Shown here: positions 37,410 through 50,473 of the stretch, piece by piece
How positions within the stretch are numbered: the first letter of the stretch is position 1
How the letters are laid out: every line of letters begins with the position of its first letter
From: Eutreptiella sp. 'Long Island Sound 2002'
Lineage: Eukaryota; Protista; Euglenida
Assembly (NCBI GenBank): GCA_964036045.1
Contig: OZ038378.1
Span: 15,376,001 to 15,440,000, forward strand
DNA: 64,000 nt
Direction: 5' to 3'
Notes under the pieces: model-generated
Databases searched by the model: none
The model's input: the letters and a program-made list of their open reading frames with translations, nothing else
What the model was told of the DNA's origin: nothing
Position numbers and translations under genes: made by a program

Positions 37410-37530
37410 GGGGGGGGGGGTGGAAAAAAAAATTCGCGCGAAGTTTTTTTTTCGTACCCCCCTCCCCCTCCGGGGGTACCCCCCGAAAAAAAAGCTGGCA
37501 CCCCATTTAGGAATTTTTTTTCGCCAGGAG
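37410..37530 (+). repeat. Double-palindrome module, copy 1 (copy 2 at 38478-38590)
   Basis: GAAAAAAAAATTCGCGCGAAGTTTTTTTTTC followed by CCCCCCTCCCCCTCCGGGGGTACCCCCCGAAAAAAAAGCTG, repeated directly ~1.06 kb downstream. Confidence 0.85.
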
Positions 37531-40363
37531 GAATTTTTTTATTGTGTGCTACTTGAACTTGCATGGCACCTTCACTTTGCCACATTGTATGACATTGGCA
37601 CATGAACTACTGCTCAGATACAAGTAAGTGGGTTTTTTTTTTGCATGGCGCCATTGATTTCTCTCCAGTAGGGGGGGACACTTGTTAAATGCAATCGTCA
37701 GCCCAGGTTGCAGCGTGACATTGTCGCCAATGCAAACAATGTGGCAGAGCAAGCAGCAGCAGCGAAGGCCCTCAAGGCAGGAGACAAAGCAGCCGCATCA
37801 GTCATGGCGGTTCAGGAACAACATGATGCAGATGATGACCCTTACGAGGACGAGGACAACACCAGTTGGAGTAGTAGTAGCAGCAGCAACAGCAGTAGCC
37901 GAAGCAGCGACGATAGCTGCAGCAGCAACAACAGCAACAGCAACAATAGAAGAACTAAACAGAGCAGTAGTAGTAGCAACACGCGGGCCGAGAAGCGAAA
38001 GAAGAAGCAGATTCCGAAGAAGAAGAAGCACACGAAAGCGAACATACTAACACACCAACACACAAACCGTACCCTCACTGAGAACCAATCTTTGTTGGCA
38101 AGCCATTGTGGTGTACCGGCCATCAACCAGCATGCGAGAAGGCAATGGGGCCATGACATTGTGGGGTCCACTGTAGGCTTGGGCAACCTGCAGAACGGCC
38201 AAAATGGACATCAATCACCCTTGTCCTTCAATGCTGGTGGTTCGGTTTCTCGCCCCAGATAGGGTGGATTGCCTTATCTGGGGACTCTTTCCTTCCGATC
38301 AGAGGCCACGGTGGGGCGCTGCACTGCAGCCGGAACAGACCACGGGTCTTTGTGCCATTAAACACAAATACCACCCATATCGGCTGAAATATCCATGGTT
38401 ACCTTGAAAAATACCCTCCTTGCACCTTCCAAACCCAAACACGTGGGGTAGACTTAAGGAAATTTCAGGTTTTGGGGTCCGGAAAAAATTTTCGCGCGAA
38501 TTTTTTTTCGTACCCCCCTCCCCCTCCGGGGGTACCCCCCGAAAAAAAAGCTGTACGCCGGTACCAGGAATTTTTTTTCTACCCCCCCCCTGAGCCACAC
38601 CATGTCAGGATACGGAAGGGAGAGCTTCAGGGTGGTCGTGAGGTGAGGGGCAGTCCTTCGAGCCTGGGCAAGGTAGATGCCTTTGTTTTCTTTGGGTTGG
38701 GGATCGACAAGTGTCTCTTGATGAAAACCCCTGGCGACGTGCGATGTTGTGCCTTCGTCTGCAGTTGCAAAAGTGCATTATGCAGACTAAGCCGTGCAAC
38801 TGCATATATTCCTCTGCTTATTCTAAGTCATGCTTCTAGGACATGGCTATTGACAGCATGGTATCTGCGCACTCAGTGCCATAGGTTGGCTTTGGGCTGC
38901 ACTACGCAAAATTCCTGCTGTTCACGTCAAAGACCTATCAGAAGTTTGCAAATTGGCATTCAAAATCGCTCCAAGCCAATGCAATGGCATGGAGCTGTAT
39001 TTACCATCAACAAGGACATTGAGGAAACAAGCAATAGTATGTGTGCGGTGTGTTGCTCGATTCAGAACAATTTATCATGTTGCGTTTGGCCTTTTTGTTA
39101 ACGATCTTCTACATCGATATGGAGGGGCCACGGTGCATGCAATTACATGTACGGAGTGCTCTTTTGCACTGCGTACATGATCATTGTCGAATCCTGTTAC
39201 GGTACAGGCTATTCGGCACAATTGTGGCCCAGCAATCCACGCCGCAGCAATTCCTGTTGCAGCCACCACTCATCCCTGGTTTGCATGCCAATGGTTGTTG
39301 GATTGCCGCAAAGGGCATTTTGGATTCATTTGGCGCGAACAGCAAAAATTTCCTTGGCTGCGTGGATGCAACGGACAGCCACAAGGAGCGTTCGTTCTTT
39401 TTTGGACAACATTTTACTGAAACTCATGATTGGCCATGACCAATCACCTGCTTGACAATAATTGTGTCCAAGACGCCTCAAATGTCGGTGAACATCTTGT
39501 TTGTGGGTTTTGCACAAGTGGTGTGAGTAGCGACCACCCCCGTCCAGCAACATCATGCCGGTGTGCTGTTGCTTTTGGAATCAATTCGTGTAGGGGGTAT
39601 GGGGCCATGCCGCGCCCCTTGAGGATCAGCCCAATGCCTACAGACTGCTACTGTTGGAAATGGTTGTTGTGAGGTGTGACGCTGTTAGTCTGTTGGGCCA
39701 TGGATTGCATGCGTATTGGACCCCCACCCCTCGGTGGAAGGGTGCCCCACCCCGCCCCACCACCACCAGCCGGTGCAATCAGGGATCTTTGAAACTGGAC
39801 ACCAAAGGCAACCAAGAAAGTTTCGGGGTTGCAACAAGTGCGAAGGCATGCTACTGAAGGGTGGTTGTGAAGTCAAGGGCAGGCAGCGGCGAACCATGCA
39901 CCCCTTTTGGGGGATTGTTTATGTCGCATGCACTACGGTCAAATGCTGCATCATTTTGTGCAGGACCGTGGATTCCCCAAAGATCCTTTGTTTTTGGACC
40001 ATCCGCTCCCTGCGGGCTGACTGTGCGGTCCCTCTGATGGCTCCTGCCCAGGACCAGCTGTGCCCTCCGTGAAGGGCCAACGTATGCGATTGGCATGTTT
40101 TAGCATTTTCTTTGCATGCACCCCCCCCCCCCCCCCCGCCCACACATTTCGCCATTTTTTGCTCGAGCGAAACCAGTCAGCCACAAAGGGACACGGATTT
40201 GTGGGCACCAAGGGCGCGGGAAAACCCAACCAAAATCAGGGCAAATGTCGCGGGAAATTCGGAAAACGGCAACGATGGGCGGCAATCACCGGGAAGTGCA
40301 GCGGCCCAGAGCACCGGTGCAAGGCCACACCCGCAAACCTCCCACGTGGATCCTGTTGTCCAG

Positions 40364-40651
40364 GAGCGGGAGATCCACCGGGCGAGGGATGAACTGCAGC
40401 ACGTGCTCGCCGTACGGGAGGCGGACCAGATGTCCGCCGACCAACAGTACGGCCGCTCTTCTGCCGAACTGCACAAAAAGATCCGCGAGCTCTCGCAGAT
40501 GAACATCAGCCTCTCGGATCAGGTCCAGGGGTGTGGGCGGACCATTGACCGCCTGCAGGGCGATCTCAAAGCCATGCACGCGAAGCGGGGGGACCTCGAC
40601 CGTGACGAGCTGGTTCGCCTCCAAGACGAACTGCGCCGCCGTGACGCACAG
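40364..40651 (+). CDS. Coiled-coil protein, exon 3
   Basis: Acceptor ttgtccAG at 40362-40363, donor GTCAAG at 40652, phase 0/0. Encodes EREIHRARDELQHVL...DELRRRDAQ. Confidence 0.8.
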
Positions 40652-40951
40652 GTCAAGCGTCCCACGCGTTCAGCGGTCAGTGTGCTTGCAGTGTGTGCCG
40701 GGCGCCGAGGTTGGATTTCCAGGGAGTCGGCGCATGCTGTGTCGCTTCCATTCCCACTGAGGGAGCACATGCTGTGGCATTTCGATTTCAATCAAGGGAG
40801 CACATGCTGTTCACCGTGAGTCTCGGACACATGCCTGGAGATCCCTTTTGAATCCCCTGAGTGAATGCGGAGGGAAGTAAGAAATACATATTTTCAACGC
40901 AGATCCTGTGCACCCCAGGCACACTGCTGCTACCGTTACCGCTGCACACAG

Positions 40952-41206
40952 GTCGTGGAGATGACGCAGCGTGTGCGGGAGTTGGAGGGCAGGGGCACTG
41001 ACCCTGCACCAGTCATTTCCCTGCAGCGGAGGCTGACGTCCGCTCAGGAGGAAGTTGAGAAATCCCAGAAGATCATATCTGAGCTTCGGCAGATCGAGGC
41101 TCAGGATTCCGCAAAGCTGCGGGACGCCCTGCGGTCCCGCGATGATCAGGTCGCGGAGCTTCGGGACAAGGCGGACCAGTCCCACAAAGAGAAATCAGAG
41201 CTGCAG
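40952..41206 (+). CDS. Coiled-coil protein, exon 4
   Basis: Acceptor gcacacAG at 40950-40951, donor GTGGGC at 41207, phase 0/0. Encodes VVEMTQRVRELE...KEKSELQ. Confidence 0.8.
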
Positions 41207-42576
41207 GTGGGCCCATGTCTCCCTACGCTGTCGCCATTTCTGCCACACAACCCTCCACCCCCGCCCCCGCCCCCCACGTTCCAGTGTGCCAGTTGTTGCG
41301 TTACATCAGATGTGGTACAGACTTTGTGGCCTAGGAATGACTGAATGCCCGTCAGCAATGGCACGGGAGCGGACGCCACATTGTGGAAGAGACACGCCAC
41401 TGTTTCTGCCGTGTGCTCGTGGGTGTATGTGCAGCGTGCGACTGGTGAGTGGGTGACTTCTGATTTCGTCCCCATGCTTGCCGTTGGGGACCCCCAAGAC
41501 GGCAAGGGTTATGTAGCCTTGGGCCCCGTCTCAAAGATCTCAACAGGGGGGAGGTGATCCTATTTGATGGTGGTTTCCCCGGAAGAAAGCACGGCATTAT
41601 ACCATATACGAAGCCAAAGAACAAGGATCACCCAAGATGGCAAGCCAAGTACAATGATGGGCACTCCTTCATTTGGGGCCCTTGAGAGCATCCGTTTGCC
41701 CCATTGTACACCTAGGCTGTGTGCCACCAGCACAAAGTTAGGGATGAACTGGGAGCGGTCTTTCCTCTTCAGAGGGCGATGGTGTCAACAGATCAATGAG
41801 CGCGGAATTTTCTTGTTCCGGTGTGTATTTCCTAGACAGTGTACATGAAAGCTAATTACCCTTACCTTGAGGTGCCTGTGCAGCGTGCCTACAGTGCGCA
41901 GGAAGTATTCCCCTTGCCTTGGTCACCCCTGCATTCTCCTGGGGATTGATGACCCGCTGGCTGGCGTGTGGATGGGAGTGGGCAAGAAATTGCCACGGGC
42001 GTCGAAGTCAAATCCTCTTGCTTTCATTTTACCCAGACCATTGATCAAAGGTGGGACACCTCCCCCTTGTGCCCAAGCCACTCGTCTGGGCCCTGCCTCA
42101 AGGGATCATGGGAAGTTGGTTCCTAATCAAGTTGGATGCCATTCGGATGAATGCCACGGAAGTCCGAAGTTTTGTGTGCAATTTTTTGCCCACAAAACTT
42201 CGGTGCAATGTGTCATGTTTTGTAGTCTTCTGCCTGGTTTACTCTCACAGCTCAGCAAGTTGAGAGGAGACAAATGGCACCACATAACCCTCCATCAAGG
42301 ATCATTGATGGTTCCTGGTGCGGCCTCATCCTTTGTTATCCAATCACAGCCACCTTGAGGGACTATATTATAAGGTAATTTGGTACCAGGTCTGGGCTGA
42401 GACAAGAACCACTGCTACTGACGATCTAACCACTCTACTGACGATCTCATGAAATTCTTACAGTTTTGGCGTGGAGTCCTCCACTTCCTTTCCTGACTGG
42501 TAATATTTCCGATGGGCCTCATTTCACACAAAAGCATGACATATGGTTTGACATTTGGCGACAAGTTGTTCTTCCA

Positions 42577-42577
<1 letters not shown>

Positions 42578-42630
<53 letters not shown>

Positions 42631-42755
42631 TGTGGGCGGGCGTGTGGGCGGGCGTGTGGGCGGGCGGGCGGGCGGGCGGGCGGGCGAGCGGGCGGGCGTG
42701 TGCGTGCGTGCGTGCGTGTGTGTGTGTGTGTGTGCGCGCGCGCGTGTGCGTGTGT
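42578..42755. repeat. Compound microsatellite (TG)n-(CGTG)n-(GGGC)n-(CGTG)n-(TG)n
   Basis: Direct reading of sequence. Confidence 0.9.
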
Positions 42756-42943
42756 TATGCATGGTGTCTCTCTGCCTGAACTACCACCTGGCGTGACGAG
42801 AGGTGCACACAACAGCAGCAAACTTGCAGTTGGAAAAGCAACCGGGGGCTTGCAGGGCTTTGCTCTGCCCCACTCACTTGTTGGTGCAAGCGCCGAGCGT
42901 CAACTCCCTCCCACTGGCCCGTCCCATGACCACTGCCTCACAG

Positions 42944-43511
42944 GAGCAGCTGAAGGCGAAGGACCGCTCAATCGACACGTACGAGACCATCATCTCGCGA
43001 CTTGAGAAGGAGCTGGAGCAGTTCGAGACGGAGCACCGGCGGCAGAGCGTGTCGGAGCACCCCAAACTGACCGAGACCAAGCTGCAGCTGCTGGAGATGC
43101 AGCAGGCGATGGGCGCCATGCAGCAGGAGCGCAGCGAGCGCCACTACGTCCTGCAGAAGCACCTCGACGCCATTGCGCTGGTGGACCGCGAATGGACCCT
43201 CGACGTGAGGCGGCCGGTTCCGGAGCGCGACATCGCCGCACGGCTGCGCAACGCGGCCAACCTCATCAGCGCGCTGCGCAGCGACGTCCTTAGCCTCATG
43301 GCGGACAACCCCGCGGCCGGAGGCGTCGGCATGCAGACCTCCGGCACCGTCGTTCGGTATTTGGAGGCCCCCCCGGGGGTGGACTACGCGGTGCTCCGAC
43401 GGCAGTTGGACTTGCAGGAGGAGGTGCTGTCGGAGAAGGAGAACACCATCCGCCTGCAGCAGGACATCATCGCCGCCACAAATAAGAGGCACTGGACCGC
43501 GCCGGCCACAG
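42944..43511 (+). CDS. Coiled-coil protein, exon 5
   Basis: Acceptor gcctcacAG at 42942-42943, donor GTAGGT at 43512, phase 0/1. Encodes EQLKAKDRSIDTYETIISRLEKELEQ...HWTAPAT. Confidence 0.8.
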
Positions 43512-44739
43512 GTAGGTCCCCCTGGCGTCTGCCGCATGGTACGCATGGTGCCCCAAGGGCACTGGAGGGTGTATATATGGGGTGTGAGGAAGTGAGCATT
43601 GTTTTCAGCATCGGATCGCGGCTGTGCACCCTCACATTGACTCCATTGGACTGGTTGAAGTGACCTCTTGCTTCGGACCAGACTCTCATCGGGGCTCCTG
43701 TCCCACTGTTTTGTCAGAAATGGTTCTTTGTGTCTTTGCTGAATACCACGCCTACTACAGAGTGCGTGTCCTCACCCACCCACCCCCACTCTGTGTGTGT
43801 ACACACCCACCCACGCCGTTTGCTTGATGGTCTGTGCATCAGCTCAGGATGGTACGTCTGCAGCATTTTTTTGTTTTTGCTTCTTGAAGGATACCCACTG
43901 CAGCCTTGATCAAAGCACACTTGTAGACCATGTTTCTTGTGAGGGGCATGCATTTGAGGGTTTCCGGGTGTTTCAGGGGTATGCGGGGGGTATTTTTTCG
44001 GGGGGGGGGGGGTGCGTGGAGCATGGTGCACGTGCAGTACCATTTGAGCGCCTTGTGCAGAAACAGCACACCCAAATATTATGCCCTCACAGGTGGTCCT
44101 GTTTCAAGTATGGTTCTGCCTGCTGCACTCGCCTCAGAGGCATTCCTTCCCCCTATGCAATAGCAGACAACAGACATGGCCCCCCATGGCTGATGACAAT
44201 CTTGATGATGATGGCCACTGTGGTTGCGTCCGGGCGGTTTTGCCATTAGCCGTTCCTTGCATTGCCATGCAAGTTGTTGCAGCAGCAGCTTCCACATTTT
44301 TGGGTATGTTCTTCGCTAGACCTGTGTCTTCTTGCCAGACTCTGTTGAACTATTGTTGGTTTGTCCAGCCTGCAATATAAACAGGAACGACGCAGGCACA
44401 ACAACACATGTTGGATCCGCGTAACATTCCAATGTGCAGTTTCGAACAAGTGGTCCACAACGGTGCCATCTACCTTTTTGGGGAGCTTTTCGGAACGGGT
44501 GGTGCGCATCTGAGGTTTGTTTGGCGGACTGGTCTGGGGGTGTTTAAAAGAGGGGGCAATTTACAGGATTTTGTGGGTCACAGCCCTCCAAAAGTAGTGC
44601 GCAGAGCGTGTCTTACCAAGGGTTTTCCGGTAGGCCCAAAGGTCTTAGTGCAAGGGCGAATTCCCTGAAAAGCTTTGCTTTGTGGCGGCGTGGCCTTTCA
44701 GAGTGGTCCCCCTCTTCCACACTTTTCTTCGTCTCGCAG

Positions 44740-45089
44740 GGTACCCTGCAAGCCCCACCCTTCCCCCCCACTCCCCCAGCAAGGCCTTGTATGACGCCCC
44801 GAGCAAGGCCCCCCTTTATGACCCCAGTCCAGTGGTCAATGGTCGGGATGCGGGTTCTGAGGGGCACTGGAAACGGCAGTTCGTGGACCAGTCGAAGGCT
44901 CTGTGCGAGGCCCATGAGGCGCTGCGGCAGAGCGGCGCGGAGTATCGACAGCTGCACGAGAAATCCCTGGCCATGTCCAAAGATCTGCAGGAGGCCAACG
45001 TGGAGCTGGCGCAGAAGAGGGCGGAGATCAAGATCCTTTCGGACATGAAATTGCAGCTCAGCAATAACCCCGAAGTGGATGGGCTCCAG
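44740..45089 (+). CDS. Coiled-coil protein, exon 6
   Basis: Acceptor cttttcttcgtctcgcAG at 44738-44739. The phase-1 join gives G-YPASPT; encodes HWKRQFVDQSKALCEAHEALRQ. Donor GTCTTG at 45090 (alternative GT at 45075). Confidence 0.75.
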
Positions 45090-45403
45090 GTCTTGGGTGC
45101 TGTTTTGTTTCGGGCGATGCATGCAGTCTCTTTCTTCGTTGATGGACGTCCCCTTCGGGGGGATAAAGGCTGGTTGCTTGCTGTCCAGTTCGATTTTTGT
45201 TGAGGGAGGTCAGCTCTCGGGGCAATATGGCTCAGGTGGGGGTTGGGTTGGCAGGGGGTGCATGCCTGTCACCAGTCTTGACGTGTCCTGAAGCTCTTCC
45301 ATTGTGGTGAAATGGGAGCCGACCTGTCAAGGCATCTCAGTCTACCCCACGCCGGGCTCAGGGCTCTCTAACCACATGTGAGACAGGCGTTGTGATGCCT
45401 GTG

Positions 45404-45446
<43 letters not shown>

Positions 45447-45559
45447 CACAAACACCATATCATTTGATGGTCCTGACTTGGGGCACCTGAGCCCACGGAA
45501 AGCAGTACTATATGCGCTTGCCACTGCCTCGCAATTGCCTCCTGACCTGCACCCCCCAC
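45404..45559 (+). repeat. Left copy of ~155-bp direct duplication flanking the LINE (putative long target-site duplication)
   Basis: (CA)n with an AAA interruption, followed by CCATATCATTTGATGGTCCTGACTTGGGGCACC...CTGCACCCCCCAC. The same sequence occurs at 48313-48467. Confidence 0.9.
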
Positions 45560-48312
45560 ACAGAGGGATATGCGGATGACACCTACATGCTGACAGTCAC
45601 ACCGCTGTCGCTCTTGGCCATGCTGGTGGCCACCAGATGGCTGCAGCTCACCGGCCAAGAAATAAACGCCAAAAAGTCGCTAGCCTTTTCGGCAACCAAC
45701 TCAGCGCGCGGGAAGCCAGAAGCACTGGAGGCAACCCTGGATGGAGTACGGATGCCAGTACAGCAGGAGTTTCGGCAGCTGGGCGTGCGCACAGTCCCAC
45801 GGCGAGGAATGGGGCCACTCCTACATCGTCGCATCAAGGAAGGAAAAACGGCCCTGAAGAAAACGCGCATGTTACCCGGAGGCTTCGATCGGAAGGCCGC
45901 AGTGGCAGCAGTCATGATCGTGGCCGCGGCACTTTTTGGAGTCGAGCTCGCAGACTTATCTCTCCGCGACATCAGCAGCCTGGAGTCAGCCATCATGACA
46001 GTGATCTTGGGCCCCAGCAGACCCTGCAGGGCAAAAGAAGTGGTCTTCGCGCTACTGCTGCCGGGTCACCATGCGCAGCCTAGGCACGGCGCAGACGGTA
46101 ACACAGGCCATTTGGGAGCGCACGACATCGCCCAAGGCAACGGGCCCGCTGGGGCGAGCGCTCTGGGAATTTCGCAAGCTGGGCTAGCAGAGCCTGGGTG
46201 GGTGGTGGCAGTGGGCCATGCCGCGCACGGGGGTGAAGGTGCACCTGGTGCATGCCGCCAAGGAATACGTGGAGCACCTGTTTCGAGAGTCCCTCAGGGA
46301 AGCCCAACTGGCAGCGCCGGAAAAACGGAGGCCGTGCACCTTCGGAGGAATGGGAGCACATCTACATCGAGAGCTAACACTCAGCGAACTGAACTCGTGC
46401 ACGGAGGAACTAGACAAGTCACTGCTTAGGGGGGCACTGGCAGGTGCCCTCTAGACGTCGGATAGGGCGTACCGTCGGGGGCTCCGCGAAGACGACCGCT
46501 GCCCCTACTGTGACAAAGGGGTCCGGGAGGATGAGAGCCACCTCCTGTGGTGGTGTGGAGCGTGGAAGGTGGCCAGGGAACCCTTCCCCTCAGACATCAT
46601 GCTGCTAGCGCGAGCGATCAAGCTGGGGGCCATGTCAGCGTGGCCTCCGTGCCTACGCCTCTGTGGCCTGCTGCCGGAGTCTGTGGTAGCGCAAAGTGGG
46701 CTGTCGCAGGGACCAGGATGGAAGAAAAGATGCAGGGACCCGCACAGAGTCTCCCGACGCTGGGAGCCGGGTCCAGGGGAGACCTGGGAGGAGGCTAGCC
46801 ACCAGAGGGCGGAGCTGGGCTTGGCGGGGCAACAGTGGGCGGATGCAGATACCAACCCGTTGGAGCAATTTATCAGTAAACCGCATGGAATGTTACTGGC
46901 AGTACTCCGGACCAGAATGAAAAAGGAGGAGGAGGCGGGGGTGCTGTTTCCAGTAGAGAAAAGATGCATACAGCATGATTGCTACCCCTGGCACCAGCTG
47001 CAACTCCCTCGTCCGAGACAACGGCCGACAGAAGTACCGGAGCTAGGGGTGCTGCCCAGGGGCTGGAGATGGGGACACGATTTCCTGCCAGCCATATTGC
47101 ACTTGCTCAGGGAGCTGCACTGGCTACCAACGGATGACGATGCAGCGGTGGGTCACGGGCAAGTGCCGTTCATGGAGCTCACCCTGGACTTCGAATCCCA
47201 TGCGGGACGACCTCTGCCACCCAACCCGCAGCCACGCTTCACGGGCTCGGAACCGTCATTGCAAGAAAACGGCCGGGTTCTCCGGCTAGCGGTCACCCGC
47301 GGCAGGACGCGAGTCTATCCTGCGGGAAGCGATTACCACCAAATGTCGCGCGTTAGTCCCGCGGGGAGCAGGAATGGCGGTGGGAGTGAAGGGCCGCCCG
47401 CTCTTCACCATACCAGCCGCGGTGTGGCACCACCTGCAAAGGCTGCGCCAATACAATTCGGCGCCAGCAACAGCTGCGGGTGGCGCGGCGACAGCACAAA
47501 CAGCGACGCGCGCAGCAGGGGAAGCCGGCAGCGTCATCCGGCGACAGCTCGGGTCAGCGAGAGAGATGCCCGGGGAAAGGGGGAGCCAAGAAGACGGCCG
47601 GGGCATATGCCAGTGATTTCTACGCGGGCCCCGTCATCCCGCAGGGGGCCCGCAAAGGCCCGCAATACCAAGTGACGGGATCAGAGGAAGACCCCGTATC
47701 AAGTGTGGGGACTGCGCTTTTCACGCTGCCACAACGCTCCGCCAAGGCGAGACGACCGGAGCAGCACCCCCGGCTGCCACGCCTTTGGGTTTGCACGACA
47801 CACAGACACAGACAGTGCGCCACATGCGCCGCGGTGGGACGGGGGGTTCGGCACTGCTGCGCCCGGGGGCACGCATCCCCGCCCCTCCACGCGAGAGCGC
47901 AGCCGAGGGGCAGCACTTACCCGCACGTCCGGTGCTCGCACGCCAGGAAAGGGGGGGGGTACCCCGGCGGAGCGTCGCAAGGCAGGGGCCCAGCCGGCGC
48001 TCAGGGGCCCTCGAGAGCGAGCAATGAAGAGAGTGCTGGAGGGAGGCGCCCCCCCCCCCCCGTTCAAGCGGCCGTGCCGAGGAGCAACAAGTGGCCCGCC
48101 ACGGGCACGCGGGTACGGAGGCCACCTAACCGCCCACCCCCAGAGGTTCTGACCCAGGCGAGACCCTCAGTGGCGAACCGAACCTACCAGGCACCAGAAG
48201 AGCAGGCAACCAGACTGCCAGGACTGCTTGCTGACCTCCATATAACGGCGCCACGGGCAGCGACGAGGGTCAGTGACCCATGCGGGCCCCCCTCTTTAAT
48301 ATTGTTCTTCCC
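45560..48312 (+). mobile_element. 5'-truncated, decayed non-LTR retrotransposon (LINE) in intron 6 of the coiled-coil gene
   Basis: Starts with RT motif GYADDT, then GQEINAKKS and FRQLGV (RT domains 5-7). C-terminal Zn motif CPYCDKGVREDESHLLWWC at ~46497-46560. Several stops and frameshifts. Ends in ...attgttcttccc directly before (CA)n. Confidence 0.9.
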
Positions 48313-48313
48313 C

Positions 48314-48348
<35 letters not shown>

Positions 48349-48467
48349 CACACACACACCATATCATTTGATGGTCCTGACTTGGGGCACCTGAGCCCAC
48401 GGAAAGCAGTCAGTACTATATGCGCTTGCCACTGCCTCGCAATTGCCTCCTGACCTGCACCCCCCAC
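48313..48467 (+). repeat. Right copy of ~155-bp direct duplication flanking the LINE
   Basis: The unique part matches the left copy apart from a 4-nt CAGT duplication; the CA tract length differs slightly. Confidence 0.9.
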
Positions 48468-49787
48468 GTGGGGCTACAACCTGAGAAGACTGAAAGAAGC
48501 AGAAGAGCAACTGATGTCAGTCATCTTGGGGTGCGCTGTCAACGAGTGTCCCGGAAGTGCTGTGCACGTGATGTCATTGTTTTCACAGTTTTGTTGAATT
48601 GCTGACCTCTTCTCTCATTCCTCCCAACACTGAGCAGGATTTTGCAGTGGAAGCGCCGTAAGCTATTCGGAAACGCAAACAGTAAGGTGCGGCGGCAGCA
48701 AAAAAAAAGATGAAGGAAGAGTACGGGTGTGTCGCGTTGTAATAGGAAAATAAACTGGCCAAATGCAATAGACACGTATTTGTATGGGTAAAATTAGAAT
48801 GTAGCATGTTGAGCACCCACTCGCCAAAGTGGGTGTGGGTTTGTCGCATGGGAGCATGGGATACATGGTATGGTCTTGTTGTGAGCAGGACTGTTTTCAC
48901 CTGCAGGACCAGGACCGCCGTACAGCGCCGTAAACGGTGTCGACTGTTGGCAGTGGGGCGCACAGGGGCTTTTGAGGCATACGTCATTGACTGTACAGGA
49001 AACCGGAAACAGGTATGCATAGGTACACCTCGAAAATGAGGTCACAAGCATGTTAATTCAAACGCTACCGGGTGCAAACATTGGCAACAGTCGCAAATAA
49101 GACCATTGAGGAAATATACAACAAAATACTTTTTGGACAAGTGTTGCACGTGCGATTTCGTGCAGTTTTCATGGGTTTACGGTGCCCCCCTGTTTGGCCC
49201 TTACCGGGGCATTCTGGTTGATAGGGCACCGTGCCCCTGCTGGACGGCTCTGTCCGACAGGGCTTGGGAGGCTCCCTCCACAGCCACGCCCCCTCGCAAG
49301 CCCCAGCACCATCTCATGCCGTCGGGCTTTGGGTTCCTCAATTACGCTCCATCTCCCACTCGCCCCACAACAGATGCAGTTGCTCTTGCCCCCCCCCCCC
49401 CCTTCCCAGAGTTGTCCTTGAGTCGAAAAATTGGCAGGAGGAGCCCCCCCCCCCCCCTCAGAACCCCTCCTCCCCCTCCCCCCTCAGACACCTTCCCCCC
49501 TCCCCCCCTCTAGGTCATCTGTGTTGACCCCAAAAACTTCACCTCCGGCGCCTCCAGCGCCTAAAGAGGATCAACCATGACAGCTTTTTTTTCTGTGGCG
49601 AGTGTCTTTTTTTGCTTAAGCGCTCCATGTTTTGGTGCATAGTTGTACCATGTGCACTCACTACACCGGTGTGTCACGTCGTTTCCAAAACCGGGATGCG
49701 GGAATGGTACTATGGTGATGCATTCTGCACCCTGCTATGGGGTCCCCGCTCCTAATGTGTTCCCTGCAGATTCCCTGCACAGCACAG

Positions 49788-49831
49788 CAAAGCACAGTAC
49801 AGCACAGCACAGTACAGCACAGCACAGCACA
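49788..49831. repeat. (ACAGC)n pentamer repeat
   Basis: Direct reading of sequence. Confidence 0.85.
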
Positions 49832-50131
49832 CGGGAGCACATTCCAAGTGGTCTCCCACCTTAGTACTACTGGGGTCACACGTGGCTTAATGTCTGAAAT
49901 TGGGCAGGGTCAGCCCCGCGGTAGTGCCACTTCTGACATCTGACATTTGATGGTGGAGGGACCCATCTGGTCTGAAACTGTTTTTGAAGAAAAAAGCTGA
50001 TTTTGTTGGGTTCGTAAGGAGGAGCCCCCCCATCCCTTCAGATCCTGCCCCTCCCCCCCCGAGACCCCCTACCCCCCTCCCTCCCCCCGCTCAAGCACAT
50101 CCCTGCCCCTCCCCCCATGGCGGTCATTCAG

Positions 50132-50473
50132 AAGGTGATCCAGACCCTCCACAGCCGCGTCAACGAGCTGGAGGCCCAACTGCGCAAGAACACCGCAACT
50201 GAGATCGAGGCCAAGGGCCGCGCGGACCGCGCCGAGGCACAGGTGGCCATTCAGGCGCGGGACCTGGAGTGCCTCCGAGAGGAGTTGCGGCTCCTAAAGC
50301 GGGCCCTGGACGAGAGTGCCACCCGCCCGCCGCTTGAGCACCACCGCCTCAACGGCGTGAAATGCAACTGCGACGAGTTGAAGAGGCAAGTGAGCGATTT
50401 GCAGGAGATCATCGCAAGCCACACGCGGCAGAAGGAGGCGGCCGCCATCAGTCGCGAGCATGCGGAAGTTGAG
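50132..50473 (+). CDS. Coiled-coil protein, exon 7
   Basis: Acceptor ggtcattcAG at 50130-50131 (a tandem AG lies 3 nt later), donor GTGATT at 50474, phase 0/0. Encodes KVIQTLHSRVNELEAQLRK... Confidence 0.75.

Noticed and set aside
49585-49618. Resemblance to a euglenid spliced-leader sequence (TTTCT...GAGTGTCTTTTTTTG)
   Set aside because: The match is interrupted and low-complexity, with no following GT donor or SL-RNA structure.
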